A stretch of 45,654 bases of DNA from Bacteroidota bacterium (lineage in GTDB: Bacteria > Bacteroidota > Bacteroidia > NS11-12g > UBA955). The first letter of the stretch is position 1; every line of letters starts with the position of its first letter. The stretch spans positions 1 through 45,654 of the forward strand of contig SXYY01000127.1 in the NCBI GenBank assembly GCA_005788145.1, written 5' to 3'. Positions 19,621 through 28,323 of the stretch are shown here, one piece after another. The position numbers were made by a program, and so were the translations under genes. The notes below the pieces were generated by a model, which ran no database searches, had not been told where the DNA came from, and was given only the letters and a program-made list of their open reading frames with translations.

Positions 19621-21984
19621 TTAATCTTCGTTCTCGTCGGGCAGTTCCAACACCTGCTCAGACAATTCCTCTTTGGGATTCAACGTTTTTTCCAAAGACA
19701 AAATCAACGCTGGCAACAAGAACAAGTTTGCCGCCATCCCGGTAAGCAATGTGAGGCCCGTGAGCCATCCCAACGCTTGGGTGCCTTGGAAACTGGAGAA
19801 CGTAAAGATCATGAAGCCCGCACAAATGGCCACCATACTGTAAATCATCGACACACCCACTTCTACAATGGTTTCGTTGAGGGCTTCGCGGACCGGACGA
19901 TTATGCTTCACGAGTTCTCTGCGGAAGGTGATAATGAAGTGAATGGTTGCGTCAACTGTAATACCGAAGGCGATACTAAACACGAGGATGGTGGATGGCT
20001 TCAATGGAACATCAAAGTACCCCATCATACCGGCGGTCACCAACAATGGAATGATGTTGGGAATCACAGCGATCAAAATCATGCGGATCGAGGGAAACAA
20101 GAATCCCATGGTAATGGTAATGATCAACAAGGACCAAAATGTGGCACTGCCCAAACTACCATAGAGGTATGAATTGCCTTTCAAGAAGACAGGCACAGAA
20201 CCGGTGATCTCGGTGGTAAATTCTTCGGGGGGAAATACGCGGTCGAGAATTTTATAAACCTCTTTGTTGATGCTGTCCATGCGAATGGAGCCCACATCGC
20301 GCACTTGATAACTGATGCGCAAAGTTGTACGGGTACTATCCATCAAACCGCGAACAATGGTATTCTGCATGCTGCCCGCTTTTGCGTTGGCTTCGGGCAT
20401 TCTACCCGCGATATCGCTCATGTTTAAAGCATTCGGCAACCGGTAAAAGGCAGGGTCACCGTCATTCACAACTTGGTTTCCATAGCACAATACTTCGACC
20501 AACGAGGTAGGTTTTGCAAATTCAGGAAACTTCTTCAATGCCTTCTGCAAGCGGTTGGCCTTATCAAGAACATCGAAATTGGTTACTTCACTCTCGTCAT
20601 GCGTGCGAATCAATATTTCATAGGGAAGAATGCCTTTGAAGTTGTCTTGGAAGTACTGCATGTCTTTGTACATCTTGGAACTCTTGGGCACATCATCAAC
20701 CATGAACGCCAGGGGATGTAGTTTGAAAACAAAGGTGGCGGCCAATACCGTGATTGCGATAAACCAAAAATAAATGCGGCGTTTGCGGTTGAACACCAAA
20801 AACTTCACCCAGCTCAAAAACTTGTTGATACCACCATTGTCGAGGTGCGCAACCTGTTTGTCGGATGGCACCGGCAAGAAACTATACAATGCCGGGATAC
20901 CGATGATATTGATGAAGAAAACGAGGTTGATGGTAATGAACGACACCACACCATATTGCTCCAAAATTTGGGTTTTGGTGAAGTAAAAAGTTCCAAAACC
21001 AACGGCGGTGGTAAAGTTGATCAAGAAAGTGGCCACACCCACACGGGAGATGATGCGCGACAGGGCTTTGGCTTTGTTGCCGTGTTTTCGGTATTCCTCG
21101 TGGTATTTATTGATGAGATACACGGCATTTTGCACGCCTATCACCACCAACAACGGGGGCAATGTACCGGTGAGCAAGTTGATTTTATAGCCCAAAAATC
21201 CGCTCACACCAAACATCACGATCACACCAATGGCAATGAACAGGATGGCGATGGCAAGGGTACTAAAGCTTCGGAAAAAAACGAGAATCAGGATGGCGGT
21301 AATCAAGAAAGCCACAACGGTAAACATCACCAATTCGGCTTTCACACTCGTGGCCATTTCGGTACGAACAAAAGGCAGACCACCCATATGGGCTTCGGTA
21401 CCAACCTCTTCACCAAATTGCTCTGCCCTGCGCTGAATATCTTTGATTAACGTGATGCGCTGCTCTGAATCCATGACTTTATCATCGAGCGCAACCACCA
21501 TCAGCGATGCATTGGTATTGGCATTGTAGAGAAGCCCTTGATAGAACTTCATGTCGAGGAACATTGTTTCTAGGCTATCCACTTCGGCTTGGGTGGTGGG
21601 AGCGTTCTCTGCGAAGCGGTTCATTTGGAACTTCCCAGCGGTGTCCAGTGCCAAATTATAGAGATGTGTGGGCGACAACAGCGATTTAACGCCGTGAATT
21701 TTGGCGATCGAATCGCACATCTGCTTGTATTGGATGAAATGCTTTAACTCGAATAACTTATCGGTTGAGAATCCGATAACCACTTTGTTGTGGTCCATCC
21801 CAAAGGTTTGTTGGAATTTGTTGTAGGCTATGAGATCTGGATCGTTTTTGGGGGCAAGTCGCTGCAATTGGTATTCCAACTGAACTTTGGTGGCATAGTA
21901 GCCCATGATACCCGTAAATGCCAAGATGGCAATCAGGAACAGGGTGCGTTGTTTTAAAATGAAGGTGGCTATTTTATCCCACAT
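19621..21984 (-). CDS. MMPL/RND-superfamily membrane exporter
   Basis: 787 aa. Two repeats of one TM helix, a large periplasmic loop and a five-TM bundle, which is the RND/MMPL/SSD topology. The second TM bundle has the typical 'VFSIAFGITVDATIHF'. Confidence 0.75.
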   Translation of the reverse strand: MWDKIATFILKQRTLFLIAILAFTGIMGYYATKVQLEYQLQRLAPKNDPDLIAYNKFQQTFGMDHNKVVIGFSTDKLFELKHFIQYKQMCDSIAKIHGVKSLLSPTHLYNLALDTAGKFQMNRFAENAPTTQAEVDSLETMFLDMKFYQGLLYNANTNASLMVVALDDKVMDSEQRITLIKDIQRRAEQFGEEVGTEAHMGGLPFVRTEMATSVKAELVMFTVVAFLITAILILVFFRSFSTLAIAILFIAIGVIVMFGVSGFLGYKINLLTGTLPPLLVVIGVQNAVYLINKYHEEYRKHGNKAKALSRIISRVGVATFLINFTTAVGFGTFYFTKTQILEQYGVVSFITINLVFFINIIGIPALYSFLPVPSDKQVAHLDNGGINKFLSWVKFLVFNRKRRIYFWFIAITVLAATFVFKLHPLAFMVDDVPKSSKMYKDMQYFQDNFKGILPYEILIRTHDESEVTNFDVLDKANRLQKALKKFPEFAKPTSLVEVLCYGNQVVNDGDPAFYRLPNALNMSDIAGRMPEANAKAGSMQNTIVRGLMDSTRTTLRISYQVRDVGSIRMDSINKEVYKILDRVFPPEEFTTEITGSVPVFLKGNSYLYGSLGSATFWSLLIITITMGFLFPSIRMILIAVIPNIIPLLVTAGMMGYFDVPLKPSTILVFSIAFGITVDATIHFIITFRRELVKHNRPVREALNETIVEVGVSMIYSMVAICAGFMIFTFSSFQGTQALGWLTGLTLLTGMAANLFLLPALILSLEKTLNPKEELSEQVLELPDENED

Positions 21985-22002
21985 GGTGTCGGCAAAGGTA
22001 CT

Positions 22003-22040
22003 TATAAAAAGACAAAGGTCGCCCCATAGGGCGACCTTTG
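22003..22040 (-). terminator. Rho-independent terminator of the rpsF-rpsR-rplI operon
   Basis: Perfect 12-bp arms caaaggtcgccc (22013-22024) and gggcgacctttg (22029-22040) with a 4-nt loop. In minus-strand sense they are followed by TCTTTTTAT. The hairpin begins 19 nt after the rplI stop. Confidence 0.85.
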
Positions 22041-22058
22041 CACAAGGTGTTCAGTATA

Positions 22059-22499
22059 TTACTCAGCGATTACTTCGAGGGTAATGCTGGCATTGATGTC
22101 TTTGAACAGGTTGATGTTGGCCTCGTAAGAACCTACATTTTTGATGTCATCGAAAACAATTTTGCGACGGTCAACGTCGAAACCTTTGTCTTTCAATACA
22201 TTGGCAACTTGCAAACTGGTTACTGATCCGAAGATTTTACCAGATGCACCGGCTTTAGCAACCATGTTGATGGTAGAACCATTCAACTTTTCTGCCAAGG
22301 CTTCGGCGTCTTTGCGCAATTTGTCCATTTTGAACGCACGCTGACGCATGTCTTCTGCCAACATTTTCAATGCACCTTCATTGGCCAATTTGGCTTTGCC
22401 AGTTGGGATCAAGAAGTTTCTTGCATATCCATCTTTCACGTTCACAACATCGTCTTTGTGACCGAGATTTTTCACGTCTTGGGTGAGAATGATTTTCAT
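22059..22499 (-). CDS. rplI: 50S ribosomal protein L9
   Basis: 146 aa, 'MKIILTQDVKNLGHKDDVVNVKDGYARNFLIPTGKA'. Last gene of the S6-S18-L9 operon. Confidence 0.95.
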   Translation of the reverse strand: MKIILTQDVKNLGHKDDVVNVKDGYARNFLIPTGKAKLANEGALKMLAEDMRQRAFKMDKLRKDAEALAEKLNGSTINMVAKAGASGKIFGSVTSLQVANVLKDKGFDVDRRKIVFDDIKNVGSYEANINLFKDINASITLEVIAE

Positions 22500-22514
22500 G
22501 TGTCTATCTCCTTC

Positions 22515-22778
22515 TTATTTTAAACCGTCGGCCAAGAAAGGCAACAACGCCAGGTGGCGTGCTCTTTTGATGGCAACAGAAATTTTACGTTGATATTTCA
22601 AAGAAGTACCGGTGATACGACGTGGCAGGATTTTACCTTGCTCATTCACGAACTTCAACAAAAACTCAGCGTCTTTGTGATCGATGTAGCGGATACCGTG
22701 TTTTTTGAAGCGACAGTATTTCTTCTTCTGCAGAACCTGAGGGGTTTGGTTGAAGATAAAGTTGGTTTCTTTGCTCAT
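22515..22778 (-). CDS. rpsR: 30S ribosomal protein S18
   Basis: 87 aa with 'KYCRFKK...IDHKD...[42 protein letters not shown]'. Confidence 0.95.
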   Translation of the reverse strand: MSKETNFIFNQTPQVLQKKKYCRFKKHGIRYIDHKDAEFLLKFVNEQGKILPRRITGTSLKYQRKISVAIKRARHLALLPFLADGLK

Positions 22779-23179
22779 AATTCTTCCTCCTCGATTTCAA
22801 TTTTCTTTTTAACAACAACTTTCTCGCCTTGTGGAGTTACGGTACGAAGTTCACCATTGCGCTTGCGCTGGTTGAAATCCACGCCCCAACGATCCAACTT
22901 CACTGTGAGGTAACGCAAAACGCGTTCGTCACGACGGAAAGCCAATTCGAAAGACTTAATGAATTCTGGATTAGCAGTAAATTCAAACAAGTGATAAAAT
23001 CCCGTGCCTTTTTTCTGGATAGGGTAGGCTAGTTTGGTCAGTCCCCAATTTTCTTCGTGGACTAACTTCCCTCCATTGCCGGTGATCAACTCTCTGTAGC
23101 CTGCAACAGCATCTTTCATCTGTTGTTCAGAGAGCACGGGTGTCAAAATGATCACGGTCTCGTACTGGTTGGTATTCAT
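22775..23179 (-). CDS. rpsF: 30S ribosomal protein S6
   Basis: 134 aa, 'YETVIILTP...', with an acidic C-terminal tail 'EIEEEEL'. It overlaps the rpsR start by 4 nt. Confidence 0.93.
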   Translation of the reverse strand: MNTNQYETVIILTPVLSEQQMKDAVAGYRELITGNGGKLVHEENWGLTKLAYPIQKKGTGFYHLFEFTANPEFIKSFELAFRRDERVLRYLTVKLDRWGVDFNQRKRNGELRTVTPQGEKVVVKKKIEIEEEEL

Positions 23180-23200
23180 TTGGCTATAAAATTAGGGCTG

Positions 23201-23208
23201 CAAAGATA
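23201..23208 (-). promoter_or_regulatory. Bacteroidota sigma-A -7 box (TAnnTTTG) of the rpsF operon
   Basis: In minus-strand sense the box reads TATCTTTG, followed by CAGCCCT, and sits 22 nt upstream of the rpsF ATG. The same TTTGCAGCCCT 11-mer lies upstream of rpmH. Confidence 0.5.
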
Positions 23209-23294
23209 GTGATTTCCCCTTTCAATAACAAGTATTATCACATTTTAACAGAATTTGACCGCCCCTATACCACCATCAGCTATCCCACTGTCTA

Positions 23295-23579
23295 TCAAGG
23301 CACCGGGTCATAACCGCTCCCACCCCAAGGATGACAGCGGAATATTCGTTTCGCCGTGAGCCAAAAACCCTTGATCGGACCGTATTTCTGCAATGCTTCT
23401 ACCCCGTATTGACTGCATGTTGGCACGAACCGACAACTATTCGGCAAAAGTGGGGAAAGCAAGTATTGATAAACGCGAATGAATGCCATGAGCACACCAC
23501 CCACCAACCTACCCAGCAGTGATCGTTTGGGGCTAGCCGCAGTTTTCGATGTTTCAGGGATTGGGCAATTCGAGCACAT
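23295..23579 (-). CDS. yidD: Membrane protein insertion efficiency factor YidD
   Basis: Motifs '[30 protein letters not shown]...[14 protein letters not shown]'. The start is uncertain. The ORF start overlaps the rnpA 3' end by 26 nt. Confidence 0.88.
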   Translation of the reverse strand: MCSNCPIPETSKTAASPKRSLLGRLVGGVLMAFIRVYQYLLSPLLPNSCRFVPTCSQYGVEALQKYGPIKGFWLTAKRIFRCHPWGGSGYDPVP

Positions 23580-23976
23580 CGTAAATCTTTTTCAAAATCA
23601 CTTGGTACGATTTTTCCAGCTGTTTCATTTCGGGAAGATCAGTGCCAGTATACATGAGCGCAATAGCCATTGTGATACCCTTCGCCTCAATGGCTTGGTA
23701 TAAAGGCAATTTGTTTTGTCGATACACCTCACGCAGCCTACGCTTCACAAAATTTCGATCCACCGCCCGCTTAAATTTTCGCTTGCTAGCGGTAAACACC
23801 ACCTGCACAGGCACTCCCGGCACGGGCAACTCCGTGATCAACAAATTGGCGCGAAGTGGATATTTAGAAACAAAAACGCCAGACTGAAACAGTCCGGCGA
23901 TAATTTTTTCACTGTTGAGTTTTTCGGATTTCCCGAAAGCCTGTCCCAAACGATATGGCAACACCTCTGAAGCCAT
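23554..23976 (-). CDS. rnpA: Ribonuclease P protein component
   Basis: 140-aa basic protein with '[17 protein letters not shown]' and '[18 protein letters not shown]' (the RNR-like motif). It sits in the conserved rpmH-rnpA-yidD order. Confidence 0.85.
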   Translation of the reverse strand: MASEVLPYRLGQAFGKSEKLNSEKIIAGLFQSGVFVSKYPLRANLLITELPVPGVPVQVVFTASKRKFKRAVDRNFVKRRLREVYRQNKLPLYQAIEAKGITMAIALMYTGTDLPEMKQLEKSYQVILKKIYDVLELPNP

Positions 23977-24002
23977 TGCCTTGCTTGCACAGACAAAGGC
24001 AA

Positions 24003-24164
24003 TTAGCCCTTGTGACTGCGCTCGTGAGATACAGTGAGACTAGCACGACCGCGTTTGCGGCGAGCAGCCAAAACCCTACGGCCATTGCTTGTAGCCATGC
24101 GCTCACGGAATCCGTGACGGTTTTTACGTTTTCTTGTAGAGGGTTGGTAGGTGCGTTTAGTCAT
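24003..24164 (-). CDS. rpmH: 50S ribosomal protein L34
   Basis: Below the ORF-track length cut-off. My translation from the ATG (cat 24162-24164) is [53 protein letters not shown], ending at a TAA stop at 24003-24005. This is the classic L34 sequence, located upstream of rnpA. Confidence 0.92.
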   Translation of the reverse strand: MTKRTYQPSTRKRKNRHGFRERMATSNGRRVLAARRKRGRASLTVSHERSHKG

Positions 24165-24188
24165 GATTGAAAATGCTTAAAAGGGCTG

Positions 24189-24196
24189 CAAATATA
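24189..24196 (-). promoter_or_regulatory. Bacteroidota sigma-A -7 box (TAnnTTTG) of the rpmH-rnpA-yidD operon
   Basis: In minus-strand sense the box reads TATATTTG, followed by CAGCCCT, and sits 25 nt upstream of the rpmH ATG. A possible -33 TTG lies about 20 nt further upstream. Confidence 0.5.
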
Positions 24197-24266
24197 CGAG
24201 GATTGAAATTACTTTGCAACAACACGCGTTCTTTTTTTTCATCGCGCAGTGCTATCTTTGAAATCG

Positions 24267-24770
24267 ATGAACCACCAACCCCAATATTCAGAAAAATCTG
24301 GCTTCCCCAGTTGGATATTTTGGCTCATCGCCCTCCTGCCTGCCTCAATTTTTTTGTACCAACGATTCATCGCAAAAACCATGGAGCCATTTGATTGGGT
24401 TGGATTAATCATCGCTGTGGTGGTGGGTCTATTCATTTTTATCATCAAACTCACTGTCGTCATCCACGCAGAAGGCATTGAATACAGATTTCCACCCTTT
24501 CACAACAAGTACAAACGCATCGCTTGGGAAGAAATTGCATCGGTGGAGTTAATGAGGATCAATCCCCTCAAAGAATTCGGTGGCTGGGGACTTCGCTACG
24601 GCAAGCTCGGCACAGCCTACACCACCCGTGGCCGTTACATCTTGCACATCAAACAAAAAACGGGAAAGTCCATCAACTTAACCATTGCTCAACCTACGAA
24701 ATTCATTGCAGCGGCAACCCAACAGCAGTGGCCCGTGGCACTAAAAACAGCCGTTCAACAGCGCCAATGA
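24267..24770 (+). CDS. Hypothetical membrane protein (two N-terminal TM helices + soluble C-terminal domain)
   Basis: The ORF opens at GTG 24249, but a TATCTTTG box at 24253-24260 argues for ATG 24267. TM segments are 'WIFWLIALLPASIFLY' and 'VGLIIAVVVGLFIFIIKL'. No family recognised. Confidence 0.45.
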   Translation: MNHQPQYSEKSGFPSWIFWLIALLPASIFLYQRFIAKTMEPFDWVGLIIAVVVGLFIFIIKLTVVIHAEGIEYRFPPFHNKYKRIAWEEIASVELMRINPLKEFGGWGLRYGKLGTAYTTRGRYILHIKQKTGKSINLTIAQPTKFIAAATQQQWPVALKTAVQQRQ

Positions 24771-24822
24771 TGCAATCAACCGGACAGCGAAACGGTAAAG
24801 TAAATAATAAATTTACTATCAA

Positions 24823-25524
24823 CTATTTACGTGCTCTCATCAGCCCTGAACTTTTTGGGAAATACGCAATCAGGGGCTGTAAATTTGACAATATCTGAGA
24901 ATATGGCGCTGTGCGCAGCTCGTCATAGGTATTGGCACCTGTAAGCACACCCACGTTCCAGGCGCAACCTGCTGAGAAACCTTCATACAAATCGCTAACT
25001 GTATCACCAACCTTCATGACCAAGTGGGAATATTCCACCCCTGAGCGCTTCATGGCCAATCGAATCATATCGGGTTGTGGTCTACCAGCATCCACTTCAT
25101 CGCTGCCGATGTAGCCATGGATCATTTTTTCCAATGCCAAGTTTCTCACGATGACGTCGGCAACTTGTCGATTAAAACCAGTATTCAAGTATACTTTGGC
25201 CCCACTATTTCTGATGGCTTCGAACAATTCTGCCGCATAAGGCATTAGTTCGATACTGCCTTTGACGCCATACTTCTCAATCAACTGTTGGTTAAAAAAC
25301 CCCACCAACTCATCAATAATATCTGCCGTAACCATAGTTTTGTTCAATGAACAAAGCTGTTCAAAAGCCGTTTTCTTGGGAATACCCATGACTTTGTTGG
25401 CTTGATCCATGGAGATATTAATATTCAACTTCCATTTCATGGCATCAATTGCTGCTTGCTGCACCAATCCAAAATCATTGACAGTTGTACCTGCCATGTC
25501 CATTACTACCAATTGGGGTTTCAT
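24823..25524 (-). CDS. Phosphonatase-like HAD hydrolase (PhnX-like, TIGR03351-type)
   Basis: Preferred start MKPQLVV (ORF opens at 25545). Motif I is DxAGT ('VVMDMAGTTVND') rather than DxDxT. Motif III has Arg ('DAGRPQPDMI') rather than Lys. Motif IV is 'VGDTVSD'. There is a cap-domain Lys in 'MGIPKK'. These are the distinguishing features of phosphonoacetaldehyde hydrolase and its closest relatives. Confidence 0.75.
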   Translation of the reverse strand: MKPQLVVMDMAGTTVNDFGLVQQAAIDAMKWKLNINISMDQANKVMGIPKKTAFEQLCSLNKTMVTADIIDELVGFFNQQLIEKYGVKGSIELMPYAAELFEAIRNSGAKVYLNTGFNRQVADVIVRNLALEKMIHGYIGSDEVDAGRPQPDMIRLAMKRSGVEYSHLVMKVGDTVSDLYEGFSAGCAWNVGVLTGANTYDELRTAPYSQILSNLQPLIAYFPKSSGLMRARK

Positions 25525-25647
25525 GAACGCAAAGGAACCGTGCAATTAAGAATTTAAAATTAAATCTCTGTTAAATACCACAATCACGAAAAAGGGTAAC
25601 ATCGATGTAACAATCAAGCCAAATCGTGTTGGGTAATTGCGGCCTTT

Positions 25648-26595
25648 ATGAAGATTGCTATTTTGTATGCAGAAAGTCGGTTTACACCTTGGAGAGAAAA
25701 CATCGACACCAACACAGTGATTACACTTCACAAAGCATTACCCAAAAGTGCAAACGGGACCATCATTCACATGACAAAACCCAATGAAGATTTGGTCAAA
25801 TTATTATCTAAATTCGACTTCGTAATCAACTTGTGTTACGGGTACTACCATTTTTCACAAGCCGATGTAGCTGAGTGGCTAGACCAAAACAACATCAAAC
25901 ATTTGAGCAGCGGAGGCACTCAACAACAAATGGCTCAAGACAAATTATATGTAGAGACTATACTTGGCGAATACAAAATCGCAGTTCCCAAGTCCATTCA
26001 ACATTTATCGGAAATATGCCAAGGATTGTACATATCCAAACCCAGAAAAGGGGGCTGTCACCGCGGCATTGAAATTACCGATGCACATACCGCGAGGACA
26101 AAGTTTGATTTGAATTGTACCGAGGACAAACTCACACAGCCCTATCTGATCGGACGTGAATTTAGCGTTGCTATTATTCCCAATGAAGGAGGTACAGGTT
26201 TTGAAACACTCCCACCTTTGGAGGTGATTCCTTACCCCAAAAGAACCATTTACCTGGCGGGGCAATCGCATGGTAAAACAAGAAAAAACTACCACCCCCT
26301 ACTTAGTTTTACCGAAAAAGACAACATCATCGATGCATGTCTAACCGCCCACAAAGCGCTGGGATTAACATTTTACTCAAGGGTAGATGTGCGATTGGTT
26401 GGCGATACCGCTTTCGTCTTGGATGTCAATACCATGCCCAACATGCATCCAACAAAAAGTATGTTGCCGGGACTTTTGAAAACCCACAAAATTGGCATGC
26501 GTGAATTTGTAAAGCGTATAATTTCTATGGGACAGCATATTTACAACACCAACATGGAACCCAAGTTAGCGGAATATATACAAACCACATCGTAA
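25648..26595 (+). CDS. ATP-grasp ligase, D-alanine--D-alanine-ligase-like
   Basis: 315 aa. Ddl-like elements are 'YISKPRKGGCHRGIEI' (compare KP..GSS.G), 'REFSVAII' and the Mg/ATP site 'SRVDVRL...FVLDVNTMPNM' (compare RVDF...EvNT.PG). It lacks the usual Ddl N-terminal motif, so it is divergent. Confidence 0.65.
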   Translation: MKIAILYAESRFTPWRENIDTNTVITLHKALPKSANGTIIHMTKPNEDLVKLLSKFDFVINLCYGYYHFSQADVAEWLDQNNIKHLSSGGTQQQMAQDKLYVETILGEYKIAVPKSIQHLSEICQGLYISKPRKGGCHRGIEITDAHTARTKFDLNCTEDKLTQPYLIGREFSVAIIPNEGGTGFETLPPLEVIPYPKRTIYLAGQSHGKTRKNYHPLLSFTEKDNIIDACLTAHKALGLTFYSRVDVRLVGDTAFVLDVNTMPNMHPTKSMLPGLLKTHKIGMREFVKRIISMGQHIYNTNMEPKLAEYIQTTS

Positions 26596-26666
26596 TGTTC
26601 AGGCAAACAGAATAACAACATTTGCGTAACCCTCAAAAAATGAGCACGTTGTATTATTGAGGATTA

Positions 26667-27410
26667 ATGCGTATGTCAAACACACTACCAAAGCTTGTTA
26701 TATTGCCCCTGGTAGATTTGATAATCGACGAAGCAAAGCCCCTTATTTCTATATACCAGAACACCCTAAAGGCCGAACACATAGCATCTGACGAATGGGC
26801 CTTGGGCGAATTGATAGGCAAGCCAATCGGGGAGGTTGTAAATACGATGTGTCATCGCGGGACATCAAATTTTAGTGAAGAAAATATATCTCGACTGACC
26901 AATAACATCAGTGAGCAATTTACCGTTTTGTTAGGTTCTAAACCAAAAACACCTTACTCAAAAGAAGTGCATGTATTCTTAGATTCAATTAGGTCAAAAG
27001 GGTTAAAAATCGGTGTAACATCCTGGCTGAACAAAGAGACAACGGAAATCGCATTAAAGGCAGCAAATTTATGGGATCGCATCGATGGCCATACGCATGG
27101 CAATTCCGGATATCATCATGGAACATCTCCGGATATTATATTCACCTTGATGCGACAAATTGGCATAGATAATAGCGATCACGTAGCCAATGTGGGCAAA
27201 ACCAAATATGATGTATTGCGTGGTTATCACGCCCAATGTAAATGGAATATTCTAATTGCGAGCGACAAAGATAATACACGATGGAACGCATATCCCCACA
27301 CGGCAATCGTAGGATCCATCAAAGAAGCGGCGTCTGAAATTATGAGTAAATCGGTCGGGTCTGATTTTTTCGATATACTCAACAAAAAAAATCGCAAGAG
27401 GGGAAAATAA
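26667..27410 (+). CDS. HAD-fold protein paralogous to the PhnX-like hydrolase, with catalytic residues substituted (probable pseudo-enzyme or neofunctionalised)
   Basis: By-eye alignment to ORF 24823-25524. 'LVVMDMAGTTVND' aligns with 'LVILPLVDLIIDE', so the nucleophile Asp becomes Pro. 'AIRNSGAKVYLNTGFNR' aligns with 'SIRSKGLKIGVTSWLNK'. 'GRPQPDMIRLAMKRSGV' aligns with 'GTSPDIIFTLMRQIGI', so Arg becomes Thr. 'KVGDTVSDLYEGFSAGC' aligns with 'NVGKTKYDVLRGYHAQC', so Asp becomes Lys. Confidence 0.55.
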   Translation: MRMSNTLPKLVILPLVDLIIDEAKPLISIYQNTLKAEHIASDEWALGELIGKPIGEVVNTMCHRGTSNFSEENISRLTNNISEQFTVLLGSKPKTPYSKEVHVFLDSIRSKGLKIGVTSWLNKETTEIALKAANLWDRIDGHTHGNSGYHHGTSPDIIFTLMRQIGIDNSDHVANVGKTKYDVLRGYHAQCKWNILIASDKDNTRWNAYPHTAIVGSIKEAASEIMSKSVGSDFFDILNKKNRKRGK

Positions 27411-27477
27411 TCTTTACTTAATACCAAGCACCCATTAATCAAACAGTGAAACGATTAATTCGCCAAACAATTTCACT

Positions 27478-28323
27478 GTGAATTTACATACGCATACAGA
27501 CTTCTGCGACGGCAAAAGCTCGCCCGAAGACTTTGTAAAAAAGGCCATTTCTCTTGAGTTTAAATATTTGGGATTCAGCGCGCACGCGCCATTGCCTTTC
27601 CTTTGTGATTGGAGTTTACCCACAGAGCGTTTGGATTCATACTGTGTTGAAATTGCACGCTTGAAAGCGCACTATCAAAAAAAACTACAGATACTTCACG
27701 GCTTTGAAATCGACTTCCTCGAAGGAATGGGTTTTCCATGCTTAACGGAAGATGCCGTTTGCGGGGCTGATTTCTTTATTTGTAGCATACACTTTTTAAA
27801 AACGCCACAATCCGCGATCACATCGCCAAAGTTTGCTGAGATAGACGGAAACTATGCGCAATTTATGTTGGCGATGAAAAGTCATCAATATTCGCTGAAA
27901 AAAATCCTCAGCAACTACCTAAACGCAACCGAACAAATGATCCTCACGCCCCTTGTTGCTGGCATGGTGAAGATCATCGGACATGTTGACAAAATCGTAT
28001 TAAACGCAACGCAACTACCTGAATTTGAAGGACTTAGCGAGTGGTTTTACGAAGAACTATTCAATATTTTAATTCAGCACAGGGGTCATTATCATTCAAT
28101 TGAAATCAACACCAGGGCATTATATAAAAAAGGATTATCACAGCCATATCCGCGCTACAACCTTTTGGAGATGTTGGCAAACCAAAATGTTCCGTTAATC
28201 ATCAACAGCGATGCACACCACCCATCCGAATTAAATGCAGGTTACAAAGAAACCGTTGAAAGGCTAGAATCGCTCACCACAATCAATATCAAAAATCTCC
28301 ATTACAAATGGTTAAAGAAATAA
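27478..28323 (+). CDS. PHP-domain metal-dependent phosphoesterase (HisJ / histidinol-phosphatase family)
   Basis: 281 aa with a GTG start. PHP His/Asp motifs are 'NLHTHTDFCDG', 'GFSAHAP', 'CSIHFL', 'IIGHVDKI', 'IEINT' and 'INSDAHHPSEL'. Confidence 0.75.
   Translation: MNLHTHTDFCDGKSSPEDFVKKAISLEFKYLGFSAHAPLPFLCDWSLPTERLDSYCVEIARLKAHYQKKLQILHGFEIDFLEGMGFPCLTEDAVCGADFFICSIHFLKTPQSAITSPKFAEIDGNYAQFMLAMKSHQYSLKKILSNYLNATEQMILTPLVAGMVKIIGHVDKIVLNATQLPEFEGLSEWFYEELFNILIQHRGHYHSIEINTRALYKKGLSQPYPRYNLLEMLANQNVPLIINSDAHHPSELNAGYKETVERLESLTTINIKNLHYKWLKK

Noticed and set aside
27478-28323. PHP protein as the housekeeping histidinol-phosphate phosphatase (hisJ/hisK) of histidine biosynthesis.
   Set aside because: No his genes are nearby, and the gene overlaps the permease gene inside the phosphonate cassette. 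I cannot exclude this from sequence alone, so I called it only at family level.
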